In this document: positions 46,776 to 60,600 of the stretch, one piece after another
Layout: each line of letters opens with the position of its first letter
Numbering within the stretch: the stretch's first letter is position 1
DNA from: Bispira polyomma
Taxonomy: Eukaryota
Reading direction: 5' to 3'
Length of the DNA: 64,000 bases
NCBI GenBank assembly: GCA_965649765.1
Contig: OZ287759.1
Location: 42,532,001-42,596,000, forward strand
Translations under genes and position numbers: made by a program
The notes under the pieces: model-generated
Seen by the model: only the letters and a program-made list of their open reading frames with translations
Told to the model about the DNA's origin: nothing
Database searches by the model: none

Positions 46776-47363
46776 TTATATATATATGATGTGACATTGA
46801 CGACTGAATATTGAATGAGCCAATATTCTGAACTGCACACTTTTATATACTGGTTACAGCACTGCCCCAGCTATTAAAGAACCGTCCAACACCTCCGACC
46901 ATCAAAGAATAACCTTATGTTGGCGTTATTGCCATAACTGTTCTAAGGCCTTACCCTTTCCAACATTGTATGACCTTATGTCAGTTGTGTCTAACCCTTG
47001 ATACACTGTGTGAGGGTCGGCTGATATGGGCTGATTACTGACAATCTATCACCCTATCTACACTGTTTCATAACTGAAGAAATACCTTCCCAAATGCAAT
47101 CACAACCGATATGCTTACACCATTGACAATGTGTGACCGGTGCATAACTCGCAAACAACTGGGAATTATGTGGGTTTTTTTTAACATATGTTGTTACTTT
47201 TCGCTGTGCTACAACATAGCAAAGTTTGAGAATTCTAGGTGTGTACCGAGTACTTAGTGTAATTAACCTGTAGCTCATAAAGTACTGGGAGCAAAAAATG
47301 ATTGTTACTTTTTGTTGTGCTACCATATGACAACGTTTGAGAGGTGTACACACAGGTGAGTGC

Positions 47364-48005
47364 TTAAAGGGGTGGTTCCATGTTCAATGATCGGCAAAAT
47401 AAACCAGATTTTGAGATTGGGGTGGTCGTAACCAAAAAATCAATAATGTAATATTTTGGGTGGGAAAATGAAAGTGTGGGGCAACCTTCCAGATCAAAAT
47501 GATTGTGTCCCATTTTCATTGGACACAGACCACGATCGAACTTGAAGTCTGTACTAAAACTGCCATGGCCTCCCCAACCCAGGTTAGGATCGAACTTACT
47601 GGCAATAGGATCGAATGTATCTGCGATAGGATCTGACACGATCGTACTGCTAATAATCAAGGTAGGGACGGCTACGGAAAAACAACTGACAAAATGGTCC
47701 TTTTTTTCCCAACCACCCTGTTCGCCCCGTTTTCACCACCGACCTATATGTTTATACGGGCCAGTACAGGCCTGGAGTGAGATAAGACCTATCAGACAAA
47801 ACGTAGTTACAATAAGATTCGGCGATATCAACCTTAACATTTTTAGGGGTCGTGGAGCCAGTCCGGGGTCTTTCTGAAAATATCAAACATGTTAAATATC
47901 ATTCCCGACCACCACATTTTCGCCCTCAAACCTATACAGACACGTCCCAAACCTCAAAATCGGCAAGGTCGGGGACAAAATCGGCACAGTGGAACCACCA
48001 TTTAA
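47364..48005. mobile_element. Second, more diverged copy of the TTAA-flanked TIR element, opposite orientation
   Basis: Ends ttaa-aggggtggttcca and tggaaccacca-tttaa. Internal blocks are reverse-complement matches to 17090-17180 and 17500-17590. Confidence 0.75.
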
Positions 48006-48609
48006 TGCACATTAAAATTGTTTTTAAGAAATATGGTGTTCAGGTACTTTTCTATGTGCTGCAATGATATTGCCGTGATGAGGGTGGCTGTTAACCCTGT
48101 TAATATTAAATGTATTGACATTGATTATGGCTGGCGAAACAGACCAGTTGGTCAAGATTTCTGCACACCACTTGTTGCCCTCAGCAAGACTACTACTAAT
48201 TTTCCCACATACATACTGTGGCCAAGATTGGAACCCATGACTGCAGAGGTGGGAGTATCACCTTTTTACTGATAAGTATGCCCTATATTCAGGGTAGGTT
48301 TCTTAGGCCACATTCTAACTTAAGACATAAAACCTGTAAATGTAAACATAAAACAGATGCATAGAGTGACATTGGCAGGTTGTTGAAAACATCTCCCAGA
48401 ATTCCTAGAATCAGTACAGGATTTATTATCATGGTAAAACAACTTGTTGATACAACAAATAAACATATACAAATCAGGGGTGTGGACTTTTAGTGAGAAA
48501 TAGTTGTTTGGGATTACACAATGATGAGTTCATTTGGGTTATAAATATAAACAGAAATGAAAAGTAATCAGACAGCAAAGTGGACTAACCAAATTACACT
48601 CCAAATTGA

Positions 48610-48820
48610 AGTGACATAGTGGGTAGTACATTCACTTGTGGACACAGAGGACCTGGGTTTGATCTAAACCACGGTCTCCCAGGTCCATCAAATGGTGTAC
48701 ACTGTAACGGGGCCATATCCCCAATGGCCATATCCCCATATCCCCAGTGGCAAGCTTAAACATGTTGATAAATGGTCTCATTCTCGAGGCTCTGTCTTCA
48801 GTTAGGAGAATGACAGTTAC
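48610..48820 (+). mobile_element. Old SINE-like element (family B)
   Basis: Degenerate A/B boxes (catagtggg, ggtttgatc); homologous to 5420-5660. Confidence 0.55.
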
Positions 48821-51800
48821 TGGCGCTGGGTGGTTGCATTTGGTGCTTTAAATCCCCATAATGAAGGGAGATACGTACTAGAAGTATAAATATAAAAGTG
48901 AGCTGTCTGCATGATTCTTAAGATCTTTGCAATACTACACAGCTTCCATACAACCCCTGAAACAGTCGAACAGCAGGCTCTATCTGTGTCAATATGATCA
49001 CAATACTACACAGCTGTCATACATGACCCTGAAACAGTCAAACAGCAGGTTCTATCTGTGCCAATATGATCACCAGTACTAGTTTGAACCACCTTACTGT
49101 ATAGATTGAGTTCAACAAAAACTCTAAGACAGATGTAGATGGGTTACACAGCTGGGCTAGAATCACGTCACTGTCAAACTGTTTATTTAGTGGGCCGCTG
49201 ACGAACCCTTTTTCACTTGACAGCTTTTCTCTTTCCACATTAATCTGTCCATCAACCCACGTGAGTTTGAGAAATGGCTGCATAAATATAATTTTAATGA
49301 GCTTTTGACGGTTTGTCTGTCAAGGCCCCTGGGTCGGTATTCTTCTAGTATACTGCTCTTAAACTCCACTCCAATACTGGTTAGGTGCTAGGTATGTTTA
49401 TACTAGACTTGTGGCCATTTGCTTTAAATAAGCTTTCAACACTGAATTCATATATGCGGTCAAAGTTTAACGTATTAGATATATTACCAATTATGATATC
49501 GTAGATCATCAGATTGAGTTCGAGGATATTTTGAGAATTAAGCCCCACAGATTTGTACAGGACAACACCGACATAAACACGAATTACATACAAGGTCAGA
49601 AGGCGGACATCAAGACAATCGGAAAGGGTCACAAATGAGTTTTGTGGTTTTTCAAGATAGAAAACGGAAGACTATACAATTATATTTAATGAGATCCACC
49701 TGGTATTTTAAAATGGCATGGAAAACCACAAGGCCTCATTTACGACATAACAACTACAATATAAAATGCAGTTGTAGCCTTCCTAAGGCGGTAATAACCA
49801 TTCTGTTTGATAGAGTTATTTGATCATGCTTACATCTATTCGTGTATACTATAATATATATAATGCAACTGCAAACACAGGTGCTGGTACGAAGTGTTCA
49901 CATTTCTCCTCTGTGTTATTACTAGTTGTTACACGTGAATGTGTTAAAACATTATAAATCGATAACACTGACTTATTAACTTTAAGCACCTTGAAAGGCT
50001 ATACTCTGGATTTTGTCCAAGAGTCCAAAATTACCATGAATCTAAATGGTATGACCATCTTGACCAGAGACATGTATCATAGAGTTGATGAAAGTATAAT
50101 AGGATACATTACAATTTAAAACTTGCTTTTGAAGGTTTTAAATTTAATTTCGAAATTTTGTGTGCTTCATATTAATGTTTTAAGACCTTTCTAAAATAAA
50201 CAGATATTTTTTTAATTGATGGCATAATATTTTGTTGTACATTAAAATTAACATTTTGAGCATAAAATGCTTCCTAAGACATCTTAAATACATATATTCT
50301 AAGATTCCTTAGATATAGCCCGTTGCTAGTCAAGTCAGGAATTTACTATCATTTCTAATTTGGCCAAAAGCAAAACACTAAAATATGGGGGTCAGATTTG
50401 GGTTTTCTATTTCTGGTCCAGGCTATTTTTTTTCTAACAAGGCGCCATTTAACCATTTACAAACATAGATGCAATAGGAAGGGAAGAACTAGCTTTTAAC
50501 CTTAATCAGACACTAACATTTCCAGACTCAAATTAAAAAAGGGTCTTTCTTTTACTTTGTGTTCAACAATTTCACCTGCAGAAATATAAATACGTTTCTT
50601 GTAGAAAGTAAAAGCATCTTTAATTCAAGCAGATAAGTAGGAATCAAAATTAATTCCCACCAAACTTCCTAGAAGTTGTTAATCAGTGATATTTTCTTCC
50701 CGTTGTCATAGTCTATTTTTTTGTTGTAACATTTAACTGCCGTTCAGATTATTTCTGTTTGCGTATATCAACTCAAATTTATATCCAAAAAAATTTTGTT
50801 CAGATTTTTTTCTTTTTTACTTTGGATGATAGTTTTCTAAGAAATACACTTTTCACTAGAAAAGAGACTCCTTGTTGAAAAAAGTGATCGAAATTATGTT
50901 TTCATTGTGGAAAGACCGGCTGGAACCCTTTGAAAGAACTGGGATCCTGTAAATAGCTACACAGCTTTATATCAAGGGCAATCCATGTGCGTCGTGATTA
51001 ACCATGTAATATAACTTGGAAGAACCTGTTTTGAGCATACCAAGGATTTTACCCGCGGTTCTTGAGGTCCAGTGAAGGCTATTTACAGATATCCAAAGTT
51101 TGACAACCCTGATTTGGAACCGTGGTGTTGGTATCTAGGAGTAAGGGGTGCATTTATATAAATAACTAAAGAGGGTTATTTTCTGTAAATGTGTTGTTAT
51201 TGAAACTTTATATATTGCTACTGAGATTGAGAATAGTTCATACACTCGCTTTAAAACACGGAGTACCTGGGTTTAATCCTAAGTAGAGTGGGATGTTGAG
51301 CTTCTAAAATGAACACTGTCAGTTATTCTATGATCGAGAAATAATAGATCTACTTGACTGTACCTGTATGTAAAGGTTTATATCAGTGTTTTATGGTGGA
51401 GGGTTAACAGATCACAGATCTACTTGACTGTACCTGTTTGAAAAGGTTTATGTGTGCATTGCGTCCTAGACACAGACAGATACTGTGCAGACTGGACATT
51501 TGTTTGTCAATACAATCACACCCCAGATGTAGCTATTGTGATTCACAGGACTGTGGCCAGAACTCTGACTATTTGCGTGGATTAGTTGGACATTTGTCTA
51601 TGAAGGCAGACCACCTGGGTTTACAGCCTCAGGCTACCAGACACAGACAAAGGACCACCCAAGATGGCAGTTCTCTGGCACTAGGACCTATCTAAGTGTC
51701 AGGCTGAAGCCCTTTGGGATGTTGATTGTCCTCCCCAAGTCAGGGAATGCCATGGCCCTCATCAAGCCTTTATCAGGGAATGATAGGGTCCTCCAAGCCT

Positions 51801-53683
51801 TTATCAGGGAATGCCAGGGTCCTCCAAACCTTTATAAGGGAATGCCAGGGTCCTCCAAGCCTTTCTCAGGAAATGACATGGTCCTCCTGCCGTTAAGAAT
51901 CTCTATATGAGCGCTTTAAGTCCCCCCAAATGGAGGGAGCTACTGTACTGAGGATCAAACTTCAATACCAAATACATTTACGACTACACTCATTGTATCT
52001 TCAGTGTGCTCAATCAATTCATTGTAGATTTCACCACAAAATCCTCCCATTGTTTCAGACTGCTGAAAGATGGATGATAAAAATCTATCCTTTCGAGGTC
52101 AGCTACGAACAAGAAGCGTCCTTGCTAAATATTTTAGGACAGTAACAAAGATTAACCTCAAGTGGCTCATATCTTCCTGATTCAAATGTGGTATAACTTT
52201 CTCCCTCACAAAGCACAAAAAACTGTTCACCTGATTCGTCATTTGGCTAGGATAAGCATTGCTGTTAATATAAATAAGATAACAATCAATTTTCATACAA
52301 TTACACCAAATACACTGATATACTAAGGATAACAAGTTTTTATTGCTATTGTCCCTTGTTTTTTGTGTCATTTTTTCGGTTCGTAGCCTTTCATTTCCTT
52401 TCACTTGTTGATCTAAATGCAGCCCAAACATACAGTTTCAGCCTACAATCTAGTAACAAAGTGCTATCCGATATATTTTTAACCTACATCCATACAATTA
52501 ACTGCTATGTAAAACTCTATTGAGCCTGAGGCCAATGACAGACCAGAATCTAATGCACTATTTTACTACCTGTCTGAATATGACATTCCTTTACACTTTC
52601 TAGGTACAAAAGTACGGAATAACTTTCTGGCATTCTGGATGTTAAGATTGTATTTGACACACTACATACTTACACAAGGCATCGGCCTGTTAGCATTTCA
52701 CGTCCACATGCTTTTTAGTATATATTGCAAGTGTCACTTATAGTAATTTAACACTCTGGATGGTTAATGGTGTATAACAGATTCTTAAATTTGATCGAAA
52801 TGTAATCAATTGGGTGTGCCATTTTGTGGTAAGTTTATAATCTCAGGTACTGGTTTGATACTGCCAACAATTTGATTTTCTCGTTGTTAAATGGTGATTA
52901 TGATCAAGTGGAACATTGTAAACCTCTGACTGAAAATATGACAGACCTTTGTTATTAATGTAAATCTCCCCAAGGTTTATTCACAGTTCTGAAAATAAAT
53001 AAAATCATTATTCTACTATGTACTATATAGCATTCTGACGTTTGAGGTTCCTAATATATTTTGTATGTCTGTATATATTTTGATTTGTCTTTGTAAATGT
53101 GCTTTATAGCAGGAACTCATCTGGCATTATGATTACTGAGAGGCTATATGTTATGTGAGAATGGGCTATGTACTGTTAAAATAAGATCAGCTAATTCATA
53201 ACACCATCTATTGGAGCTATCTATGAGATTAGATTACTCAGTACATTCCAGCCAGCTTATCTCAAAGCTTTGTCTACCAGATTATCTATATCTCTGGGAA
53301 AAGTTTTCATCTAAGTAATATATTTGCACCAGAATTGACCCTATTTCTTTCACCACATTTCCAACTTATTTACTTGATGGCAGATTACGACTTGACCACA
53401 GATTCATGAAGAATGGTCCATGACGATCCAATGGGTCGGAATAGTTTACTCAGTGCTATTAGATTGACCTTGTCCATCTGTAGGAAACACATCGATAAAA
53501 ACCTCTAACGCGTAGTAAGATTAACCTTTAGCATCTTCACCTTTCTAGATAGTGAATATTAGAGCAAGATTATCAAACTGGACGTGATAAATATTCCAGT
53601 TTGGTTACTATTTTTGGAAAAGAAACTAAACAAGTTATATGCAATAGCCTTATCAAATCCCAATTTAGACATCCAAAAAGCAA

Positions 53684-53933
53684 GGGGCCACGGTGGCCTA
53701 GTGGTTAGCAAGCATTGCCCTTCACAATCACTTGTCTCTCACCTCTGGGCGGCGTGAGTTCGAATCCCGTCGATGCCTATGTGGGAAAGGTGGTAGTTCC
53801 TTACTGTGGGCGGCTGGTTTCTCTGGAGAACCTTGACTGACTGTATGCAGTATTTCCTCCAGCGTTTCCAACTACCCGTCCCAATATAACCTACTAAAAG
53901 GCACTAGAGTGGACGTTAAATATTCAAATTCAA
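53684..53933 (+). mobile_element. Full-length tRNA-derived SINE (family A) with 12-bp TSD
   Basis: A box TGGCCTAGTGG and B box GTTCGAATCC. TSD atccaaaaagca at 53671-53682 and 53934-53945. Confidence 0.92.
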
Positions 53934-55618
53934 ATCCAAAAAGCATTTTGTGTTTTGTTTAAAAAGAGTTTTTACTGCTGGACGTGTCATGACCATTTGT
54001 ATGACCAGTTACCATTGATATGGGATGCATGAAAATTGTACTATTCTTTGTCAATTATTCAGTTAAGTTAGTTTACCAAATAACCTAAATACAATGACAT
54101 ATGTGTCAATCGTAATAGGTCAACTTATTAATAGTGTATCTTTTATCTACATTTCTTTGTTTCAAGCTAAAAGATAAATCATATAAGTATGCAGGAATAA
54201 ATTATGTGGAACTCATTTAACAATTAATTGACAATTGACTAATATATAGATATGGGGAATATTCCCACGAGACGCACCTTCTCGAGGCTACTCTAGTCTA
54301 CCACAAACCCTTGAATACAACTGTCCAGACTTGACAGTTTTGAGTGATTTAACCAAGTCTCGAGTGCATCGCCCCATCATGGCCATGGTTTTCTTTGTAC
54401 AGCTTTTATATTTGCACAATGAAACATGCGATCAGTGATAAAGATGTTCAATTGGAATGTGGGGATGATTTTCTGTTGTTTACAGTAAAACCCATATATG
54501 TGTTGAACAGTGTAAATGGTAATTACTTGTAAGGGAGAAAAGTACATAGTTAGGTCTTACCTCGCCAACCGATACCTCTTTCCTCCACCCGCTTAAAAAA
54601 ACAAAAAAAAAAAAAAAAAAAAAAAACTGCATTCAATTGGTGTTTTAGTAAGCATATGAATTCTTAAAACACACACAATAGTAACCTTATATTAACATAT
54701 AAAATAATAGTCACAAAGTTATTCATGAATATTTGAGCAGAGGCAAAATATTAAATGTAAAAGTACAAGAAATTTAAAAGAAACAAACCAAAAAACTCAT
54801 GATTTTATTTCATTATTGCTTAAACTGAAGCATTGAGTTCAGTGGGATAGATTTGTTTATTCCACTTAAACTGGCTGGGATATTTGAGACACAAACTGCT
54901 TGCCTGAACCGGACCTTTTTTCTTTGGGATTGAGGTCAGAATATTTATGTATCACTGCACTCTGGACCTTATCTTTACATTTTAAAAACTCATTTGAAAA
55001 CCTTTCAAAAAGTGCTGATCAAAACTGCTCAATTGTTCTCAGATATACGAGAAGAGGAAATGTAAGTTGAAGTGATTTGCTTGTTGTTTTGGTCCTTTAT
55101 CTATTTATGCCACGGAGAAGATACCCCCCTCCCCCCAACCTACAGTTTTGCAACCTGGTTGAATTTCCTAAAGGATATTTATGTATTTGTATCTCTGGTG
55201 GAGCACTCGTGCAACAGAAATCGGGGAGCCTTAATGTAGTAGAAGAGAAATGAAAAAAAGATAATATGGCAAAAAAAAGAATCTGACTTTCTGGAGGTGT
55301 TATCGCTCCTCAGTGGCTCAATTTTATAAAATGTAGAGAACAAGGCTAGTTTGATTTTTTCTATACTGTTCACCGTTATAAGAGGATACATAGGATAGAT
55401 CTGTAGTCATTTTCACTGCTGGATGCTCCATGGAAACTTGATAGTTAGATTTCGACAGGAAAGCCTCCTTGTCTGTGTGTTTATGGATTCATGTAATATC
55501 TGGTATTATCAAGAAAGGTCGCCTTAGGTAAAGATAATCTATTTCGTGTGTTCTTGTAAATAATTATATAGAGAGACTCCTTGTTAAACATAACTGGTTG
55601 GAGAAGAGGAAACACAAG

Positions 55619-56258
55619 ATGGTGAGAAATCAGATGTTGATCTCAGTTGGTTTGCTAGTCATGCTGGAGGTGTACTTGAGTTGCTCTTTCTGTGATAAGT
55701 GTCCCAAACCGCAACTGTCACAAGGCCATGATAATCAAAATGATGACGAGGAATCTCTACTAGATGTACCCCATGCCAAATACGTGGAGCAGATTTCCCA
55801 GTCACCACAATCGACTGAGGAAGAGGCATCAGAAGGCAGCCATCATCGCATTCAGAGAGAAGCTCCAAGGGAAAGAAGTGGACGGGGTCCCAATCGAGGG
55901 AAAAATCGACCGAAGAAGAAGAGTCCTAGACATAGACCAGGACGGACTGTGGCTTCTCCTACACCAACGATGCAGGTAGAACAGCAGCAGAATTTTAGTA
56001 ATGTCTGCAACATCTGCTGGATGAGAGAGAGGAGGAGGGATCATCGTATTGAGTCCATCAAAAACGCAGTGCTAGAAAAACTGGAAATGTCCCACGCACC
56101 CAACATCAGCCGCCCTACACTACCAGATGGCTTACCGCCCGGGATCTTTGGTCAAGATGCCTTTAATAAATCATATCATCCAGAGAACCCAAATGACAGC
56201 AATGTGGACTTTGAAGAACTAGAAGGGACTTTGCAGATCGTACAATTTGCACGAGCTC
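55619..56258 (+). CDS. GDF8/11: TGF-beta superfamily precursor, myostatin/GDF8/11-like, coding exon 1 (signal peptide and N-terminal prodomain)
   Basis: ATG at 55619 followed by a hydrophobic signal peptide (MLISVGLLVMLEVYLSC). CNICWMR...RIESIKNAVLEKLEMSHAPNIS matches the CxxCxWR...RIEAIKxQILSKLRLxxAPNIS latency motif of GDF8/11. Phase-1 donor GCT C|gtgagt at 56258, the same phase as myostatin intron 1. Later exons were not found in the window. Confidence 0.8.
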
Positions 56259-56385
56259 GTGAGTATATATATTTGTATAATGCTTCCATTTCCTATCTAA
56301 AGTAGTAGTATTAGTCTGAGTAGAACTGGTAAACATATTTTCACTCTGTGGTTATTCATATTATGAACACCAAACCACTTTGAAC

Positions 56386-56571
56386 AAGTAAATGGCCAAA
56401 ATGCTTTATGGTGTTGTGAACCTGGAAGTAACTTTGGTCCAGTACAGAAGTGAATGGCCAAAATGCTTTATGGTGTTGTGAACCTGGAAGTAACTTTGGT
56501 CCAGTACAGAAGTGAATGGCCAAAATGCTTTATGGTGTTGTGAACCTGGAAGTAACTTTGGTCCAGTACAG
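56386..56571. repeat. 3 x ~62-bp tandem repeat in intron 1 of the TGF-beta gene
   Basis: Repeated aagtgaatggccaaaatgctttatggtgttgtgaacctggaagtaactttggtccagtacag. Confidence 0.9.
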
Positions 56572-59500
56572 ATAGATTTAAAGACATGGACTAAGCAAGT
56601 GGTGTTAAACTGAAGGCCTGTGCTAGACTGATTTGTATCAACTCTTTATTTTGTATACCTTGACTGATTCTCTATCTAATTTTGGATGTTGACTTATTCT
56701 TTATTACTTAAACACTTGACTTTAAACATGGAACATTTATATTAAAATCATAGATATTTTATTAACTCAAATTACAGTAAAAGTTTTAATGGAGATGTGG
56801 CCAAAACGGGAGTTTGTCCATCGCGTTAATGATTGCCAATACACTCTGGTTTTATTAATATTAGTCTCAAACTCTCTGACTGTGATATGACAATCAAAAT
56901 GTTTCCTGAAACCAACATTCTTGAACTTTTAGTATTATATTGCAAACAGTTCAAATGTGTTGATGCCTTCAGTTAAACTTGGCTGTTTTTGTCCACATCT
57001 GTTAATCGATCTGTTGGACTAGACTTACAGCCAGCTTTAAGATCAAATGTTGGGAATAATTGGTATTTGAATTGGTTTAAAATGAATTGGATATGAACGA
57101 CACTCCTTGGTGTTAAAAACTGACAACACATTATCCCCACAAATAATCATGGATGTTGGATTTAGGGGCTTTGCTCACTGGATCTGGTCAAATATGATCT
57201 CAATACAAATGTATGATACAATTACCAGACTAGATTGGACCGAGCTTTTACATTGCATCCGCTACTGGTTCTGATTATGTGGTTTAAAAGTGAAATGGTT
57301 TAAAACATATTATATATACTTATACATATTAATTAGAAATAGAAAGGTTGTATATATCTCAATTCTATTACTTAGTTTTTGTCGTTTGACCTGGCGTGTC
57401 AAGATATCATTTCTCTGTTCTTTAATGTAAGGTAAGTTGGTGAATTGCTTTTGATTTCTTCTCTTTTTGGCCTTTTTGGCATTTGTATGCGCTGTCATAA
57501 TGGCAGTTACATGTCCTTATAATGCCTGCCACATAAGTTCCACAACTCTCTTCAAACAATCTCTTCAAGAAAAATAGAAACATTTCTATGTTAAAGTAGA
57601 AAGCATTTACGTTATAAATGTTCCTTGCGAAATATTCCTTGTGAATGCCATGTGTGTGAATGTGATATGTACAAACAATAGATTTGTTATTGTTTGTCTG
57701 GTTGTAAACATTCAGATTTTAACGCACAGGAACCAGTTTAGCAAAGCCCTCAAGAGGTAGTTTTTCATTTTTCGATGCTCTCCTGGGCCTGAACTATTTC
57801 GATGTCAAACATTATTCATGCAAAATATATACTAGATATAGATACATTTTAAATAGGGTAGTTTTTAAATATTTTAAAGGTGTAAATCAAAACTGTTTGA
57901 CGTGTAAAATTCTGTGGTCACAGTTACCAAATTCAGTTATGAATGTGCCAAACTATAAAATAATGTTAGATACAATTTATGTATGTGCTGTTAGAGCTGA
58001 GTATTAAATCAAGACCATACAGATTGTTTTACTATGGTAGAGCTCTGATCATACGGTTGAAAGAGAGAGTGGTAATTGGATACCTCTATTGCATATCATA
58101 CTGTTGTCCTTACAACTAGAGTAAAGGCCTGGTCTCATTATGGCGGTAAACTTCAATTAACTCCCTTTCTAATGGTGCTGTTTGGTCTATAAACTACTTC
58201 TAATGGTAGTGTGTGTATTGATAAAGGTGAACTGTAACAAACCCTGCAGATAATAGTTGTCACCTCACAAATATAAATCAACTGGTCAACTGCTAATTTA
58301 AAATAGTTAATCTAATATGCTATAGAAGAAGAATTGCTTTGTATGGCCAATTCTTTTTTGCAAGACCTAGATTGTTGTAAAATGATTTTGTATCACACAT
58401 TTACTTAAAAGGAAACTTTCGGAATAGTAGTAATAAAATTCGCACTAACTTTCAAGAAGTCAGAACAAACCCTGACAGTAAGGGTCGGTTTTAGGCATAA
58501 GGCTACATTTGATACTGCTCTGTGGTTTATTTGCAATTGTTTCTAATTACCAAAACCTCAATTTCTTCCATCTATTATCAGGTCTTTGCACCTAAAGGCA
58601 GATTATCTAAATACATAGGTATGTATATAATATACCGTTTAGGAAAATTGGGAAGTTATGAGACAGCCCTGTATTAACATTTCTGGTCATTTCATGGTAT
58701 ATAAAAGATGAATTAATAATATGGACTAAAATAATCAGTAACTATAAACACAATTTGCTGTATTTAAGAGAGAAGAATGGCCTGATCATTTTATGAGAAA
58801 CTGTCACACGTGGAATGATTTACTAAAAACTAGCTGATATACTATATCAAAGAAAGGGAGATTTAGCCAAAAGTTAGAAACTTTTTTTACCAGAAACATT
58901 TATCTGAAGTATAGAGATATAAGGACTAATGAGCTTATTTCTAAAAACTATTGGAAATCCTATTTTTATAATAGAAAGGGACATGGAAGCTACAAATAAT
59001 ATATACAGATAAAAATAATATATACATATTATAATTTCCTATACTTGATGTAAAAATGGGACAAAAGTACAGGTTCTTTTATTTAAAGCATTAATATTTC
59101 ATCAAATTAATAACTGTCCACCATATAAAGGTATTTGGAAAAAGAAACATTCATTTAGAAGAAGATGCATTGATTTTACATAGCGTAGGGCATCATCAAA
59201 TAGTCTGTCTTCGCTGAATTCCATTTCACTTCTGGGTTAGCAGAGAGGTACACCTGTCGTTCCTGTATAGAGCCTTCCAGGCTGAAGAGACTAATAGTTG
59301 AACCTAGAGCACTTACTTCACCAGATCAAATCCTTAACCACCAAGTCAAATCCAAGTCCAGGGAATTGCCAAAAACTTTTGCTTTCCAATATATAATTTG
59401 AGTGTTAAGTCAAATTTCCTTAACTTTCACATAATAATAGTATGCTAGAATTGTCTTCTGGGCTCTGATAGCCAGCGGGAAAAGCCTAACGGGTTAAATA

Positions 59501-60399
59501 TGCTCGGATCTAGTATACTGTTATTTTATATATCTGATATTAAAAAATACATCTATCTAGGATAAACATATAAAGTTTCTTGAATAACCATGGTAAATGG
59601 TTTGTAGATTTAAATATGCAAATTACTGATAATAACATCTAATATTTCTTTCATGTCATAAAATAATCTAATTGTGTAAATATGTAACACAAAACCAGCT
59701 GTATGTTAAGCAACACACTGTATATTAATGTTTGTAAATTTCCACTCTCTCATAAGCCATACTTGGCTGGCTGTATAACAGGTGAGAGTATAATATAAAA
59801 TCTATCTATCTACTGGGAGTTTCATCTAACATTGACTTTGTTTGGATTTGAGTCTGTCATTATTCTAGCCAGATATGGATTCAGAAAAGTAGTATAAGTT
59901 TGAGTTGAGCTATATTAAATATACAGGTCCTGAACTGGTTTGTACAACATCAACGTCTTCCCTGGCAAGTGTTCACAGCTAATTTGTTTACAACCAAATG
60001 CATTCAATATGATTCAGATGTTACTTCATTTGAATTTTAACATCGCCATTTCTAAATTACGAAGAAAAAAATATACAAAACACACTTTTAAATGTATAAA
60101 GAGAAGTCATAAAAGACATGTATGTTTAGATGCAATAACATATTATATCATACTGTAATTTGCTAGACCTGAGTATGCCTTAAAAACCATCATAGTCTGA
60201 AGTTGTTTTACTTTAACATGGCAGTAAGTGTGATTTATGAGGTTACCCAATATCACTAAATAGTGGGCAGTTTGACAGGCAACATTTCAAACAGAACACA
60301 AAAAGCACCATCAATGTCAGCTGAGCCAGCAGAGGTGTTGACGGCTGATAGCTCATTGGTTTGTCGGAGTGGGTCAATATAACCACCAAACTCTCACTA

Positions 60400-60600
60400 C
60401 TTGGGACACATATGCTCCTTCATAGTGTAGTCCTCATCTGAATCAGATCTTCTGGGACACAAATACACCATTATAGTGTAGTCCTAATCTGAATCAGATG
60501 TTCTGGGACACAAATACACCATTATAGTGTAGTCCTAATCTGAATCAGATGTTCTGGGACACGAATACACCATTATAGTGTAGTCCTCATCTGAATCAGA
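60400..60600. repeat. About 4 x 50-bp tandem repeat
   Basis: Repeated ctgggacacaaatacaccattatagtgtagtcctaatctgaatcagatgtt. Confidence 0.85.

Noticed and set aside
49038-52431. Short ORFs (for example 49381-49632 and 52099-52431)
   Set aside because: No recognisable motifs or consistent splice structure; they may be decayed elements, but this cannot be supported without a search.
53684-53775. tRNA gene
   Set aside because: A and B boxes are present, but the sequence continues into a SINE body with a tail and TSD and recurs elsewhere in the window.
55000-55618. Promoter of the TGF-beta gene
   Set aside because: No unambiguous core promoter motif; the transcription start cannot be placed from sequence alone.
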